NCBI GenBank assembly: GCA_963662615.2
Contig: CAXXSR010000001.1
Span: forward strand, 1,792,001-1,856,000
Source: Dehalococcoidia bacterium
GTDB taxonomy: Bacteria; Chloroflexota; Dehalococcoidia; Bin125
Direction: 5' to 3'
DNA length: 64,000 nt
Part shown: positions 1-10,040 of the stretch, piece after piece
Layout of the letters: each line of letters starts with the position of its first letter
How positions within the stretch are numbered: the stretch's first letter is position 1
The notes under the pieces: generated by a model
Database searches by the model: none
Told to the model about the DNA's origin: nothing
Seen by the model: only the letters and a program-made list of their open reading frames with translations
Program-made: the position numbers and the translations under genes

Positions 1-145
1 CGTCTGAGCTGCCGGCGACGAACCAGCCGTGCAAGCGGACGCCGTCGCTGCTGGCGAAGGACACGTCTTCGTGGACCAGTCCGTAGTCGGATGGATCGCC
101 CGTCAGTCCCCTGTGAGGGAAGAAAATGAAGTAGCGCTCAATCAT
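1..145 (-). CDS. alpha/beta hydrolase (YfhR/ABHD17-like), 5' part; runs off window edge
   Basis: Not in the ORF track. Manual translation from ATG at 145 gives MIERYFIFFPHRGLTGDPSDYGLVHEDVSFASSDGVRLHGWFVAG, the typical FIFFP...EDVxF.xxDGVRLHGWF N-terminus of this family. Confidence 0.8.
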   Translation of the reverse strand, partial: MIERYFIFFPHRGLTGDPSDYGLVHEDVSFASSDGVRLHGWFVAGSSD

Positions 146-374
146 GTTGTGAGGGAGCCCTGTCGGGCCGGCGGCTGGCTGCCGCTCTCGGTCACTGTGT
201 CCTCACCAGCGGCAACGTGCCTGAACGTGACCATGAGCTGCGCCGGTGGCTTGATCGTCTCCACCGCGGCTCGCGCAATGAGGGTCGGCAGCCCGCCCGG
301 CGGCCGCCGCTTCCGCCCGTGCCCGCGCCTGCCGTCGCGCACCGTCACCCGGGGACGCCGTGCTCGCCGCGCCG

Positions 375-2114
375 TCAACCGACCTCCTCATGGAGCGCCT
401 CGCCACGCAGGAGGCGAGCCGCGGTGTCGTAGGTCTGGCCGGCCGCCCGCACGGTCGGAGCGTGCGCCGTGAGGAACCGCGCCGCACCAACGAGGATGTC
501 ATCGCCCTCGGGCCGTCCCGCGAAGTTGCCGTACTGCCGTAGGGCGGCTTCATAGATCTGGAAGGCGTGGAAGCCTGCGTCCTCTCGCAGCAGCGCCTGC
601 CCCAGCGTTTCCACGACGGCCCGGCGGTCGCCGCCGGCCAGCAGGTCCGTCACGACCTGGGCGGTTTCGTCGACGCGCTGCTGGCGATCGAACTCCTCCA
701 GCAGGGCGGCGGCCGAGGCGCGGGCGCCGCTGGCTCGGGGGGCGGGTTGCCGCGGGACGTTCAGGAAGCGCTCCAAGTACACCGACATGGCGCCGTCGAG
801 GATCCCTCGGGCTAACTCGCGCGAGGGCGCCCGTCGCAGCGCCTGGTCCACCGCGTTGGTGTAGGTGAAGGTGTGGTGCACCGTGTCCCAGTCGGAGAAC
901 TCATTGGAGGTGTGGAAGTGGAGCGGCCGGCGGGCGGCGGCGTAGGCGACCACCGCACTCAGGTCCGTGAGCGGCACGCCGTCGCGGGCCGCCTTCACGA
1001 TCGCCCCAAGCGAGACGTGCGGTTCCTGGTCCAGGATCGTCTCGGCCAGGGCGCGATGCCCGTCCCACCCCGTCAGTCGCTCCCGGCCGCCCGCGAGGGC
1101 TTCATCGAGAGCGGCGTCGGCATCACGGATGAGATCGGGAAGGTCCACGGGGTGCTGCCAGGCGGCTGTCTCTTCCATCCGCTGGGCGCTCACGAGATTC
1201 GGGATCAGGCTGGGGAGGATCGCCCCGGCCCGCTCCCACCCAATCTGGTCCAGCAGCTCGCAGGCCTTGTTCGCGAAGTCAAGTGTGTGCCCCTCGTCCA
1301 TGAAGAGGTGGTCGGTGGCCGCGGCGAACAGCATGTCGGCCAGTGCCCTCGGGGGAGCGTCCGCGGCGATGGCCGTTCGCAAGCAGCGTTCGGCGGCGGC
1401 GGCGCTCCGCGTCTCGGCGAAGCGACGGAACCATGCACGAAAGACCTCCGGCCGCCGCTCGCGGGTGTCGAGCGGGAGGAGATCGAAGTCGGGCGGCTCC
1501 CCCTCCACGTTGCGCGCCACCTGGATGACTCCGTGAAACAGCGCGCGGGGGCGATCCTCCGGCCGGAGCTGGGCCTGCACGTTCGCCATGGTTGTCAGGA
1601 TGGAGAGCCCGTCAGCCCAGCCGGCGTCCCGGTAGCGGACCCCGAACTCCGCGGCGTTGAGGAGGATCAAGTCCGTGCGTCCCAGGCCCGCCAGCCCAAG
1701 CACGGCCTTGGCCAGCACCAGCCCGATATTCTGTTCCATGCCCTCACGGAGTTTGCGCTCCCAGTGCGCCAGCCGATCCTCCTCCACGGGGGTGGGGTCA
1801 AGCCAGACGTCGCCGTCGCGCACCTCGACCCAGAAAGCGGCGACGTCGTCCGCGAAGGGGTCGAAGGTGCAGCCTCCTGCCAGATCGAACTTGGCGTGGT
1901 GCCAGTGGCAAGTGAGGATCCCGTCTCGGACGGTGCCCCGACTGAGGGGGAAGCCCATGTGTGGGCAACGGTTGTCAACGGCGTAGACGCGGCTATCGTG
2001 CCAGAACAGAGCGACCGTGCGATCGCCCGCCGCGACCACTTGGACGCCGGCGGCTTTCAACTCATCCAGGGAGCACACTCGGAGGGTGACGTGGGTGCCG
2101 GGGTCCGCAGTCAC
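375..2114 (-). CDS. Rieske (2Fe-2S) domain protein with large C-terminal helical region of unknown function
   Basis: N-terminal CPH...CHWH Rieske ligands (NRCPHMGFPL, LTCHWHHAKFDL); 579 aa ORF; AAGGAGG RBS before GTG. Confidence 0.88.
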   Translation of the reverse strand: MTADPGTHVTLRVCSLDELKAAGVQVVAAGDRTVALFWHDSRVYAVDNRCPHMGFPLSRGTVRDGILTCHWHHAKFDLAGGCTFDPFADDVAAFWVEVRDGDVWLDPTPVEEDRLAHWERKLREGMEQNIGLVLAKAVLGLAGLGRTDLILLNAAEFGVRYRDAGWADGLSILTTMANVQAQLRPEDRPRALFHGVIQVARNVEGEPPDFDLLPLDTRERRPEVFRAWFRRFAETRSAAAAERCLRTAIAADAPPRALADMLFAAATDHLFMDEGHTLDFANKACELLDQIGWERAGAILPSLIPNLVSAQRMEETAAWQHPVDLPDLIRDADAALDEALAGGRERLTGWDGHRALAETILDQEPHVSLGAIVKAARDGVPLTDLSAVVAYAAARRPLHFHTSNEFSDWDTVHHTFTYTNAVDQALRRAPSRELARGILDGAMSVYLERFLNVPRQPAPRASGARASAAALLEEFDRQQRVDETAQVVTDLLAGGDRRAVVETLGQALLREDAGFHAFQIYEAALRQYGNFAGRPEGDDILVGAARFLTAHAPTVRAAGQTYDTAARLLRGEALHEEVG

Positions 2115-2439
2115 GACGCTCCTCCTTACCGCTGAGTGTACGCGCCGTTAGCGGCTGTTGACCTGCTGAACTCCGGCCGTTCCTCTCCGGCTGCAGCGCC
2201 CCGTAGGCGAAGATCGCGCAGCGTGAACGAACGTATCCGGCCCTCCTTAAAGCACCGGCTGTAGGTGTGACGGTCCAAGAATCCATCTGTTCTGAACTCG
2301 GCTGGTCTGATGCCGGTTCGGAACGCGATGAGCGGTGTGCGTCAGTCCGATCGATTCTTGAGACACTTCAAGCGCCGACGGCACCCCCGACTGGGCCGAA
2401 TCGAATGCCGAACAGTGGCACGATCCGACTCGGCGCTGG

Positions 2440-2604
2440 CTAGCGGACCAGGTCGAGCATTCTCGAGTACGCCCGCCGTAATAAGCGCCACATGACGATG
2501 ACGGGGATAATCAGCAGCGCAAGCGCCCCGGTGAGGAAATCGCCAAGTTTCAACGTTCGGAAGAGTTTGCCCAGCGAGCGTGCGAACAGCCGGACGGCGC
2601 GCAC
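2440..2604 (-). CDS. possible small membrane protein (54 aa)
   Basis: Manual translation VRAVRLFARSLGKLFRTLKLGDFLTGALALLIIPVIVMWRLLRRAYSRMLDLVR, with one hydrophobic helix flanked by basic residues. RBS spacing is poor. Confidence 0.3.
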   Translation of the reverse strand: MRAVRLFARSLGKLFRTLKLGDFLTGALALLIIPVIVMWRLLRRAYSRMLDLVR

Positions 2605-2691
2605 GGCCTCCAGCGTCCCTCAGAAGGGTTCACTTTCGAGTAGCACGCCGCTATCAAATGGTGTATCCCTGCACCAAATGGAGGGATTGCC

Positions 2692-2880
2692 ATGGGAGAA
2701 GCCATCCACGTCGATCGGCAGCGGGTCGTCTCTGCGATGCGAAAGCATCAGACGCTTGTCGATGCTGACGAGCGGGCGACTGCCGAGGCACGCGAGTTCG
2801 AGGAACAGGACAAGATTGAGCGCGAGCGTCGCGATCGGGAGTTCAAGGCGCAGCAGGACGAGAAGGGACGGGCGCGATGA
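2692..2880 (+). CDS. small charged helical hypothetical protein (62 aa)
   Basis: GAGGG RBS; E/R/K-rich helical sequence; stop overlaps the next ATG (ATGA coupling). Confidence 0.6.
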   Translation: MGEAIHVDRQRVVSAMRKHQTLVDADERATAEAREFEEQDKIERERRDREFKAQQDEKGRAR

Positions 2881-3401
2881 CGCTGACTCCATTCATCGAG
2901 CTCTCGCCCACCGCGCCAAACCCCAACGGGTACAACCCCAGCACGCCGGACGACCCTTGGGCATACGGGACCCACTGGACGTTCGGCGGATTCACGTCCG
3001 GTTGGTCCTTGAGCATTGACAGCCAAGCGAGCGCGAACGAGATCATCATCGGGTACGATCCAGGCGATCCCGCTGACGAGAACGATCTGACCAGCATCGT
3101 CGCTGACATCTACCGGCGGTGCGCAGCGGGAACGAACCTGGCCTTGCGAAACATCCCTGAGGCGAGCCAACTCCTCCTCGTCTATGGTTTCGGAGCCGGC
3201 ACGGGCGATCCGAGCATCCAGTTCTTCGTTGGTTCCGATTTCGTTCGAACCGAGCCAATCAGGGACAACGTGAATGAGACTGTGGCTCTCCTCCTCGATG
3301 TTCCCGCTGGCGACAGCACACTCACGGTGTACACGCGCCTGGCGAGTCCGAACTACTGGGCTCGGGTCGGAGTCCAAGGAGTAACAGCGTATCTGCTCTA
3401 A
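2877..3401 (+). CDS. hypothetical protein (174 aa)
   Basis: Translationally coupled to the 62-aa ORF; globular, beta-rich and acidic composition; no recognised motif. Confidence 0.7.
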   Translation: MTLTPFIELSPTAPNPNGYNPSTPDDPWAYGTHWTFGGFTSGWSLSIDSQASANEIIIGYDPGDPADENDLTSIVADIYRRCAAGTNLALRNIPEASQLLLVYGFGAGTGDPSIQFFVGSDFVRTEPIRDNVNETVALLLDVPAGDSTLTVYTRLASPNYWARVGVQGVTAYLL

Positions 3402-3426
3402 GCGTGCGGTGGATCTGCGGTGCGCG

Positions 3427-3606
3427 TCATCGGGAAACAAGCCTGCAGGATTTGGGCCAGGGCGCCCTAAGGTAGAAAATCGCACGCGCACTCAATTGCT
3501 GGTAGACGGAGCCGCCGCAGTCCCTGCAGAGGCTCGCGCCCGATCTGGCGACGACGAGCGAAAGGGGCTTTCCGCACTTCCGACACGGTGCTGCCGGCGT
3601 CTCCAT
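3427..3606 (-). CDS. small zinc-ribbon protein (59 aa)
   Basis: METPAAPCRKCGKPLSLVVARSGASLCRDCGGS has two CxxCG motifs; AAGGAGG/GGAG upstream of ATG 3606. Confidence 0.5.
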   Translation of the reverse strand: METPAAPCRKCGKPLSLVVARSGASLCRDCGGSVYQQLSARAIFYLRAPWPKSCRLVSR

Positions 3607-4057
3607 CGAACTCCGGTCCTCCTTCGTCGGGCTGACACTAACCCAGGCGAGGACGGATCCGCAGATGCACCTGCCCCATTCGCCATGGGACGAATGACCC
3701 ATTCGCCCGATCGGCTAGGAGCGAAGGACGGTGAGGTCACTCTGAGGGCCGTAACGGGCGGGGCTTGTGCGCAACCGCCAGCGCTGCTGCCGAGATCCAT
3801 GAGCAGTCCCTGAGGTGATGGACTGAACGCCGGCGGCGACACGCTGCTGTAATCGCTGTGCTGTTGGACGGGCGGTCTTCATGGCATGTCCCGCAGGGCG
3901 AACGCACCGCCCCACTGACTGTCGTAGGGTTACGGCTAGGCCGAGGCGGCGCGCCGCGCCGGAACTCTATCTCGGCCAGTTCTGCGAGAAATGGGTCTCT
4001 TCATGGAGGCCAACGCGCTTAGCACCGCGGCCTAGGGCCGCGAGGGGGAGGGATCCA

Positions 4058-5098
4058 ATGAAGGCGGCGGTATTCAAGGAACGCGGGCAGCCGCTGGTGA
4101 TCGAGGAGGTGCCGGATCCGATGCCGCTGCCGAACGAGCTGCTGGTGAAGATCGCGGCCTGCGGCATCTGCGGCACCGACCTGCACTGGAGCGAATACGA
4201 GATCCCAGACGGCAGCTGGCGGAAATTGGCGCCGGGCGCGGTCATGGGGCACGAGTTCACCGGCGAGATCGTCGAGGTCGGCCGCGAGCTCACGGGCGGG
4301 TGGAAGGTCGGCGAGCGGGTCTGCGCCCAGCCCTCGCTCGGCTGCGGCAAGTGCCCGGCCTGCCTCGCCGGACGCAGCTATCGCTGTCCCGACGTCATCA
4401 CCCGAGCCTCGAGCAAGCTGACGGGCGCCTATGCCGAGTTCACGCGGGTTGGCGAATCCGAGACCCTGCGCTTGCCAGACTCCGTCGACGACAGCCTCGG
4501 CGCCTTGGTCGAGCCGCTCGCCGTTGGGCTCGCCGCTGTCCGTCGCGCTCATTTGAGCCAAGGCGATACGGTGCTGATCGTCGGCGGCGGCCCCATCGGC
4601 CTCTCGGTGGCGCTCTGGTGCCGCTTCTTCGGCGCCCGCCACGTCATCGTCAGCGACCTGGTTCGGGCCCGGGCCGAGCGCGCCGCCGAGTTCGGCGCCA
4701 CCGCGGCGATCGACGCGGCCACCGAGGACGTCGCCGCCCGGGCGGAGCAGCTCGCCGGCGGCAGCCCCTCGGTGCTCTTCGACTGTGTCGGCGTGCCCGG
4801 CAGCATGCAGCTCTCAATCGACTACGCGTCGAACGATGCCCGCGTCGTCGTGGTCGGGCTCTGCATGGTGCAGGACAGCTTCTTCCCTGCCCGCGCCATC
4901 ATGAAGGAACTCGATGTCAGCTTCGCCTTCGTCTACACCAAGGCAGACTTCGAGTTCACGATCGAGATGCTGGGCCGCCAGCGCATCGACGCCGCCGGCC
5001 TGGTCACCGACCATGTCGGCTTCGACGCCTTTCCCGCGGCCTTTGAGGCCCTGAAGCGCCCCAGTGACCAAATCAAAGTGCTGCTGCGGCCGGACTGA
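4058..5098 (+). CDS. zinc-dependent alcohol dehydrogenase (MDR family)
   Basis: CGICGTD, GHEFTG, CGKCPAC...C structural zinc cluster, GGGPIG; start re-called to ATG 4058 after GGGAGGG. Confidence 0.93.
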   Translation: MKAAVFKERGQPLVIEEVPDPMPLPNELLVKIAACGICGTDLHWSEYEIPDGSWRKLAPGAVMGHEFTGEIVEVGRELTGGWKVGERVCAQPSLGCGKCPACLAGRSYRCPDVITRASSKLTGAYAEFTRVGESETLRLPDSVDDSLGALVEPLAVGLAAVRRAHLSQGDTVLIVGGGPIGLSVALWCRFFGARHVIVSDLVRARAERAAEFGATAAIDAATEDVAARAEQLAGGSPSVLFDCVGVPGSMQLSIDYASNDARVVVVGLCMVQDSFFPARAIMKELDVSFAFVYTKADFEFTIEMLGRQRIDAAGLVTDHVGFDAFPAAFEALKRPSDQIKVLLRPD

Positions 5099-5202
5099 GG
5101 GCAGTCTCCGTCTCGTCATCCGCGGGACAGGAGCCTGTCCGATTCAATGTCGAACAGTGTCGTTCGAGATAGAGTCGGTGGCAGATCGGCCAGAATGATC
5201 GG

Positions 5203-5934
5203 ATGACGCTCGAGCTGCGCAATCCGCACGCGATCCTGGCCGCTCTGCGCGCCCGCCCCGAGGACGTGCAAGAGCTTCGTACGACTGCAGACGGGGGCGT
5301 TTGGGGTGATCTCGCGGCGGAGGCTCGCCGCGCCGAAGTGACGGTGCTCAGCACCGCAGCGGCCGGCCCAGGACGGGCGGGCAAGGGAAAGCCTGGACGG
5401 GAGTCCGCAGGCCGGGCCTTGGTCAAAGAGCGCGCGGAAACTGCCATCGAGCAGATGTTTGCGCAGGTCGCGCCGGACTCCGTCTTTCTGGCGCTGGACC
5501 AGATTCAGGACCCGCAGAACGTCGGGGCGATCTTTCGCACGGCCGCCTTCTTTGGCGTGGCGGGATTGATCATGCCGGCGGATCGAGCGGCCCCGCTTTC
5601 GGGCGTCGTCTACGACGTCGCCAGCGGCGGGGTCGAGTCGGTCCTGTTCGCGCGCGAAGGCAACCTGCGTCGGGCGCTCGATCAGGCCCGCGCCGCCGGG
5701 CTCTGGATTCTGGGCACGTCGGAACATGCGGAGACCTCGCTGCATGATGTACCGCGGGATCGATCCTGGCTGGTGGTGCTGGGCAACGAGGAGCGCGGCC
5801 TGCGCCGGCTGACCCAAGAGCAGTGCGACGTGATCTGTGCAATCCCTCAGTCAGCGGGCCCTGCCGAGGTGCCGGTCACGTCGCTCAACGTCTCCGTCTC
5901 CGCCGGGATCGTGCTGGCGGCGCTGCGTCGCTAG
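5203..5934 (+). CDS. rlmB: 23S rRNA 2'-O-methyltransferase, TrmH/SpoU (RlmB-like)
   Basis: SPOUT motifs LDQIQDPQNVGAIFRTA, VLGNEERG, SLNVSVSAGI. Confidence 0.88.
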   Translation: MTLELRNPHAILAALRARPEDVQELRTTADGGVWGDLAAEARRAEVTVLSTAAAGPGRAGKGKPGRESAGRALVKERAETAIEQMFAQVAPDSVFLALDQIQDPQNVGAIFRTAAFFGVAGLIMPADRAAPLSGVVYDVASGGVESVLFAREGNLRRALDQARAAGLWILGTSEHAETSLHDVPRDRSWLVVLGNEERGLRRLTQEQCDVICAIPQSAGPAEVPVTSLNVSVSAGIVLAALRR

Positions 5935-6263
5935 GCAGGCGTCCGCGTCAGACCGAGACGAACTGGGCGCGATAGAGGTCGTAGGCCCTAGAACCGGAGC
6001 GATCGTTTGATGCCGTGCGAGATAAGGGCCGCCGCAGGCGTTGAGCCGACGAGCACGCCACGGCAAGCCTGGGCCCGACGGGGCACACGAACTCGCGGTC
6101 ATGGTGGGCCGCGGCCATGCGGACTTGAACGGCGCTTTGCTGTGCGCAGGACAGGGCTGCCCGCCAGTCGATGCTGGGGACGCAATGCGGCTCGCGCCCC
6201 TTGACCAACTGCAGCGCCGCCGCAACCATTCCCTCGGATGCCTGCTCGGATCGGAGCGATGCG

Positions 6264-7280
6264 ATGGATCCGTTCGAACGAGTCGAGATTGGGAACACCG
6301 GTGTGCACGTGACGCGCCTGGGCATGGGCGGGGTGCCGCTGTCGCGTCCGCCGACAGCGGACGCGCTGATGCCGGGTCCTTCGTATGACGGCGCCCTCGC
6401 CACAGTGAAGAGCGCCTACCAGATCGGCGTGCGTTACTTCGACACCGCCCCCGTCTACGGGAGCGGGATCAGCGAAGTCCGCGTGGGCAGAGGGCTGGAG
6501 GGCAAGCCTCGCGACGACTTCGTCCTGTCCACGAAGGTGGGCCGGGTGCTCGACCTGGCGGATCCGCACGATTCCGCTCCGAAAGGGCCGGACGGTGCGC
6601 CGGCGTTCAATGTCCGCTTCGATCTCAGCCGCGAAGGCATCATGCGATCGCTGGAAGAGAGCCTGCGGCGCCTGAACCTGGATCGCGTGGATATCCTCTA
6701 CCTCCACGATCCGGACGCCGAGCCCGGCCTCGAGGATCAGGCCTACGCCACCGCCTTCCCCACCCTGCTGGCGCTGCGCGAGCAAGGCCTGGTGCGAGCG
6801 ATCGGCACGGGCATGAACCAGTGGGAGATGCCCGCCCGCTTCATCCGCCGCTTCGACATCGACGTGGTGTTGCTGGCGGGCCGCTACACGCTCCTCGACC
6901 AGTCCGCCCACGGAGAGTTCCTCAATCTGTGCCTGGAGCGCGGCGTCCGAATCGCCATCGGCGGCCCCTACAACAGCGGCATCCTGGCCGCCCCGGACCT
7001 CTCCAAGCGCGTGTCGTTCAATTACGCGCCGGCGCCGCCGGAGTGGGTGGACAAGGCGGCCCGGCTGCGGGCGGTCTGTGACCGGCACGGCGTGGCGCTG
7101 AAGGCCGCGGCTTTGCAGTTCGTCCTCGCCCACCCCGCGGTTGCCACCGTCATCCCCGGCGCCGCCAGCAGCGAGGAAGCTGAGGAAAACGCGCGCCTGA
7201 TCGCGCAGGATCTGCCCGTCGCGCTATGGGCCGAGCTGAAGCGGGAGGGCCTGCTTCCCGCCGATGCCCCGACCCCCTGA
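6264..7280 (+). CDS. aldo/keto reductase (D-threo-aldose 1-dehydrogenase-like)
   Basis: FDTAPVYG, LSTKVGR, SLEESLRRL, ILYLHD, LAGRYTLLDQ; start ATG 6264. Confidence 0.92.
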   Translation: MDPFERVEIGNTGVHVTRLGMGGVPLSRPPTADALMPGPSYDGALATVKSAYQIGVRYFDTAPVYGSGISEVRVGRGLEGKPRDDFVLSTKVGRVLDLADPHDSAPKGPDGAPAFNVRFDLSREGIMRSLEESLRRLNLDRVDILYLHDPDAEPGLEDQAYATAFPTLLALREQGLVRAIGTGMNQWEMPARFIRRFDIDVVLLAGRYTLLDQSAHGEFLNLCLERGVRIAIGGPYNSGILAAPDLSKRVSFNYAPAPPEWVDKAARLRAVCDRHGVALKAAALQFVLAHPAVATVIPGAASSEEAEENARLIAQDLPVALWAELKREGLLPADAPTP

Positions 7281-7483
7281 CGGCGCCTCGCCTTGCTTTG
7301 CGGACGCCGAGCCGCATCTCCTGAGCCGCAACGTCGAGTCCACCTGCGGCGGGGTCGGCTCCCGCCAACAATCGGGTGCGGCCCTGACCGCGCGCTACCG
7401 GCTCCTCAAAGCCTTTGAAGTCCGCTTCCCCGCGCCGTCTGCAGAGGAGCCGCTGTCCTCTACCAACTGCCGCCGCACGCCGG

Positions 7484-7942
7484 TCACGATCGCACGGATC
7501 GCAGTCGGACCACGGGAATCTCGCGAGCCTGTGCGCGCTCTTGGTACTCCACGTAAGGCGGATACGCCTTGGTCACTCGATCCCACAGACTCGCCCGTTC
7601 TTCCCCAGTAACGACCTCTGCCCGCACAGACCGCCGACTACGCCTCACGCGGACCCAAGCCTGCGGATCCGCTGCGAGGTTCTGAAACCAACTGGGGTGC
7701 TGTGGAGCGCCTCCCACGGAGCCAATGACGACGTAGGCGTCGCCGTCCCGAAAGTAGAACAGCGGCGTCGCCACGAGGTCACCCGACGTGCGTCCAATGG
7801 TCGTGATCGTGAAGGTCGGCACCGGCGGCACACCCGCTTGGCCGCAAACGTGGCGACTGACGATAGAAAAGTCGAACCAGCGGACAAGGAACGCCTCAAC
7901 GGGCCGCAGGAGATTTACCCGGTTCAGTAGGTTGAAGAGCAT
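7484..7942 (-). CDS. deazaflavin (F420)-dependent nitroreductase family oxidoreductase (Ddn-like)
   Basis: TTIGRTSG, IGSVGGAPQHPSWFQNLAADP, YVEYQERAQAREIPVVRL motifs; GGGGAGG RBS. Confidence 0.9.
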   Translation of the reverse strand: MLFNLLNRVNLLRPVEAFLVRWFDFSIVSRHVCGQAGVPPVPTFTITTIGRTSGDLVATPLFYFRDGDAYVVIGSVGGAPQHPSWFQNLAADPQAWVRVRRSRRSVRAEVVTGEERASLWDRVTKAYPPYVEYQERAQAREIPVVRLRSVRS

Positions 7943-7999
7943 GAAGACCTCCCCGCTGGCCAGGATAGCGCGCCTGCATCAAGCGCGGACTGCGTCCGA

Positions 8000-9655
8000 T
8001 CAGCCGAAGGCGGCTCGGTGCGAGATCGCCATCTCGTCGCTGGTGATGAAATCCAAGAGCGCCGCCTTGCCCTCCTCGGTCGCCCGCCTCGCCCGCAGGA
8101 TCGCGGGGCCGACCTCAGCGGGCTCCTCGACCCGTTCCGACCAGCCGCCCAGCGAACGGGCGATATCGGCATACTCCCCGCCGACGTCGCGGGCGTTGTA
8201 TTTCTCGTGCGAGATCTTCATGTGGCTCGTCTCAACCGCCATGGTCGAGTTGTCCAGCACCACGGTGCAGATCGGCAGATCGGTTCTGACCGCGGTCTCG
8301 AAATCGAGCCCGGTCATCCCGAAGGCCGCATCGCCCATCACATTGATGCAGAACTTCCCCGGCGCCGCCAGCTTGGCGCCGATGATGAGGCCGAGTCCGG
8401 TGCCGAGCTGGTGCGATTTGCCCCAGCCAATGTAGCTGCGCGGGCCGTCGGCACGGTAGAAGGGCATCATCTCAAAGCGCGGATTGCCCGAGTCGTGGGT
8501 GACGATGGCATCCGAGGGTGGGACGTTCTGCATCAGCTCCCAGATCACCCGGTAGGGATTGATGGGGACCTCGTCCGAGGTCAGCTTCGGCATCCATTCG
8601 GCGAGCCAAGACTCACGCACGGCCGCGATGTCGCCGGCCACGTCCTTGTCCTCCCGATGGGATCTGCCGCGAAGGAGATCGGTGCAGCAGTCGATGAACT
8701 GGCGCAGCACCAGCTTGGCGTCGCCCAGGATGGGGTAGTCAACCCGGTAAGACTTGTGCAGGTCGATCGGATCGTTGGTCGCCTGAATGATCGTCTTGCC
8801 CGGCGGCACCGTCGTCACCATGCCGTGTCGGGTCATGCTCGTGCCGACCGCCAGCACCAGGTCCGCATCACGGAGGAACTGGTACACCGGCCCGCTCATC
8901 ACGGCGGACCCGCTGCCGAGCGCCAGGGGATGATGCCTCTCCGAGATCGCGCTCTTGCCTTCCATCGTGGTCATCACCGGAAGCTTCAGCAGTTCGGCCA
9001 GCTCCTCCAGCTCAGGCGACGCTTCCGCGTAGAGCACGCCCGCGCCGGCGATGACGATCGGCCGCTCGGCGGCGAGCAGGGCCTGCGCCGCGGCCTCGAT
9101 ATCGGCGAGGTCTGCCTGCGCGCGCGCGGCTTTGACCGGCACGTAATCCTCCAAGAGGGACGGATCGATCTCCTGCCCGGCCACGTCCTGCGGCACCTCC
9201 ACCATCACCGGCCCCGGGCGCCCGATCTTCATGCCTGCGAAGGCGCGGCGCATGGCGTCCACGATCCGCTCCGGGATGGTGACTTGCTCAACCGACTTGG
9301 TCATGGGTTCGTACACCGCGGTCGCATTGAAGAGCGGGAACACCCGATCGCGATGCCGCGGATGCCCGAGCGGCAGCAGCAACAGCGGCGTCGAATCCGA
9401 GAAGGCGGTAGCGACGCCGGCGAAGGCGTTCTCCGCCCCGGGGCCGTACTGCATGGCGAACACCGAAGGCGGCCGGCCGTTGCTGACCCGTGCGAAGCCG
9501 TCGGCGATGCCGACGCCGACCCGCTCTTGGCGGCAGATGATCGGCCGGATGCCGGCGTCCGACGTGGCCTCGATCAAGGCGGTCGTCGGGTAGCAGCTCA
9601 GGTGTTCCACGCCCTCTCGCTTCAGAATTTCGGTGATGGCCTCGTTGACGTTCAC
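8000..9655 (-). CDS. thiamine pyrophosphate-dependent enzyme (acetolactate synthase-like)
   Basis: CRQERVGVGIADG, GPGAEN, GRPGPVMVEVP and GDAAFG...N TPP motif; GTG 9655 with AAGGAGG RBS. Confidence 0.92.
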   Translation of the reverse strand: MNVNEAITEILKREGVEHLSCYPTTALIEATSDAGIRPIICRQERVGVGIADGFARVSNGRPPSVFAMQYGPGAENAFAGVATAFSDSTPLLLLPLGHPRHRDRVFPLFNATAVYEPMTKSVEQVTIPERIVDAMRRAFAGMKIGRPGPVMVEVPQDVAGQEIDPSLLEDYVPVKAARAQADLADIEAAAQALLAAERPIVIAGAGVLYAEASPELEELAELLKLPVMTTMEGKSAISERHHPLALGSGSAVMSGPVYQFLRDADLVLAVGTSMTRHGMVTTVPPGKTIIQATNDPIDLHKSYRVDYPILGDAKLVLRQFIDCCTDLLRGRSHREDKDVAGDIAAVRESWLAEWMPKLTSDEVPINPYRVIWELMQNVPPSDAIVTHDSGNPRFEMMPFYRADGPRSYIGWGKSHQLGTGLGLIIGAKLAAPGKFCINVMGDAAFGMTGLDFETAVRTDLPICTVVLDNSTMAVETSHMKISHEKYNARDVGGEYADIARSLGGWSERVEEPAEVGPAILRARRATEEGKAALLDFITSDEMAISHRAAFG

Positions 9656-10040
9656 AGGCTTCCTCCTTGGCTGATTTCCTCGGACCGTCGCCGGTCTGGG
9701 TTCCGGGGCGACCGCCCGGGGTTTCGCCCGACCTCGCGCCCCGCCGGAGCGTCCAGGGACTGGCGCAACCGAGGGTCCGATGATCGCCGAATTCACCTAC
9801 GGCTACAAGGGAAAGGTGCCGCCATAGTCGGGAGAAGCCTGCCACAATCGGCGCTCGTGTCATCGCGTCCCTCACGTTGCTTCGGGCGCGGCGTAGAGGT
9901 TGGCCTCGCCCCGCCCCTCCCTGGTTCTACAATGCGCCCGACCGCCGCCCGCTGCGCCCGGCAACACACGCCGCAGCCGCGCGCGACGGACCCACGGCGG
10001 CGGCGCGCGCCGGCGCAGGCGATGGAACGGGGAGGACGCT

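Noticed and set aside
2620-2892. Minus-strand ORF reading through TGA (selenocysteine) into 2440-2619
   Set aside because: The upstream part is antisense to the RBS-supported 62-aa gene, and there is no redox motif or evident SECIS.
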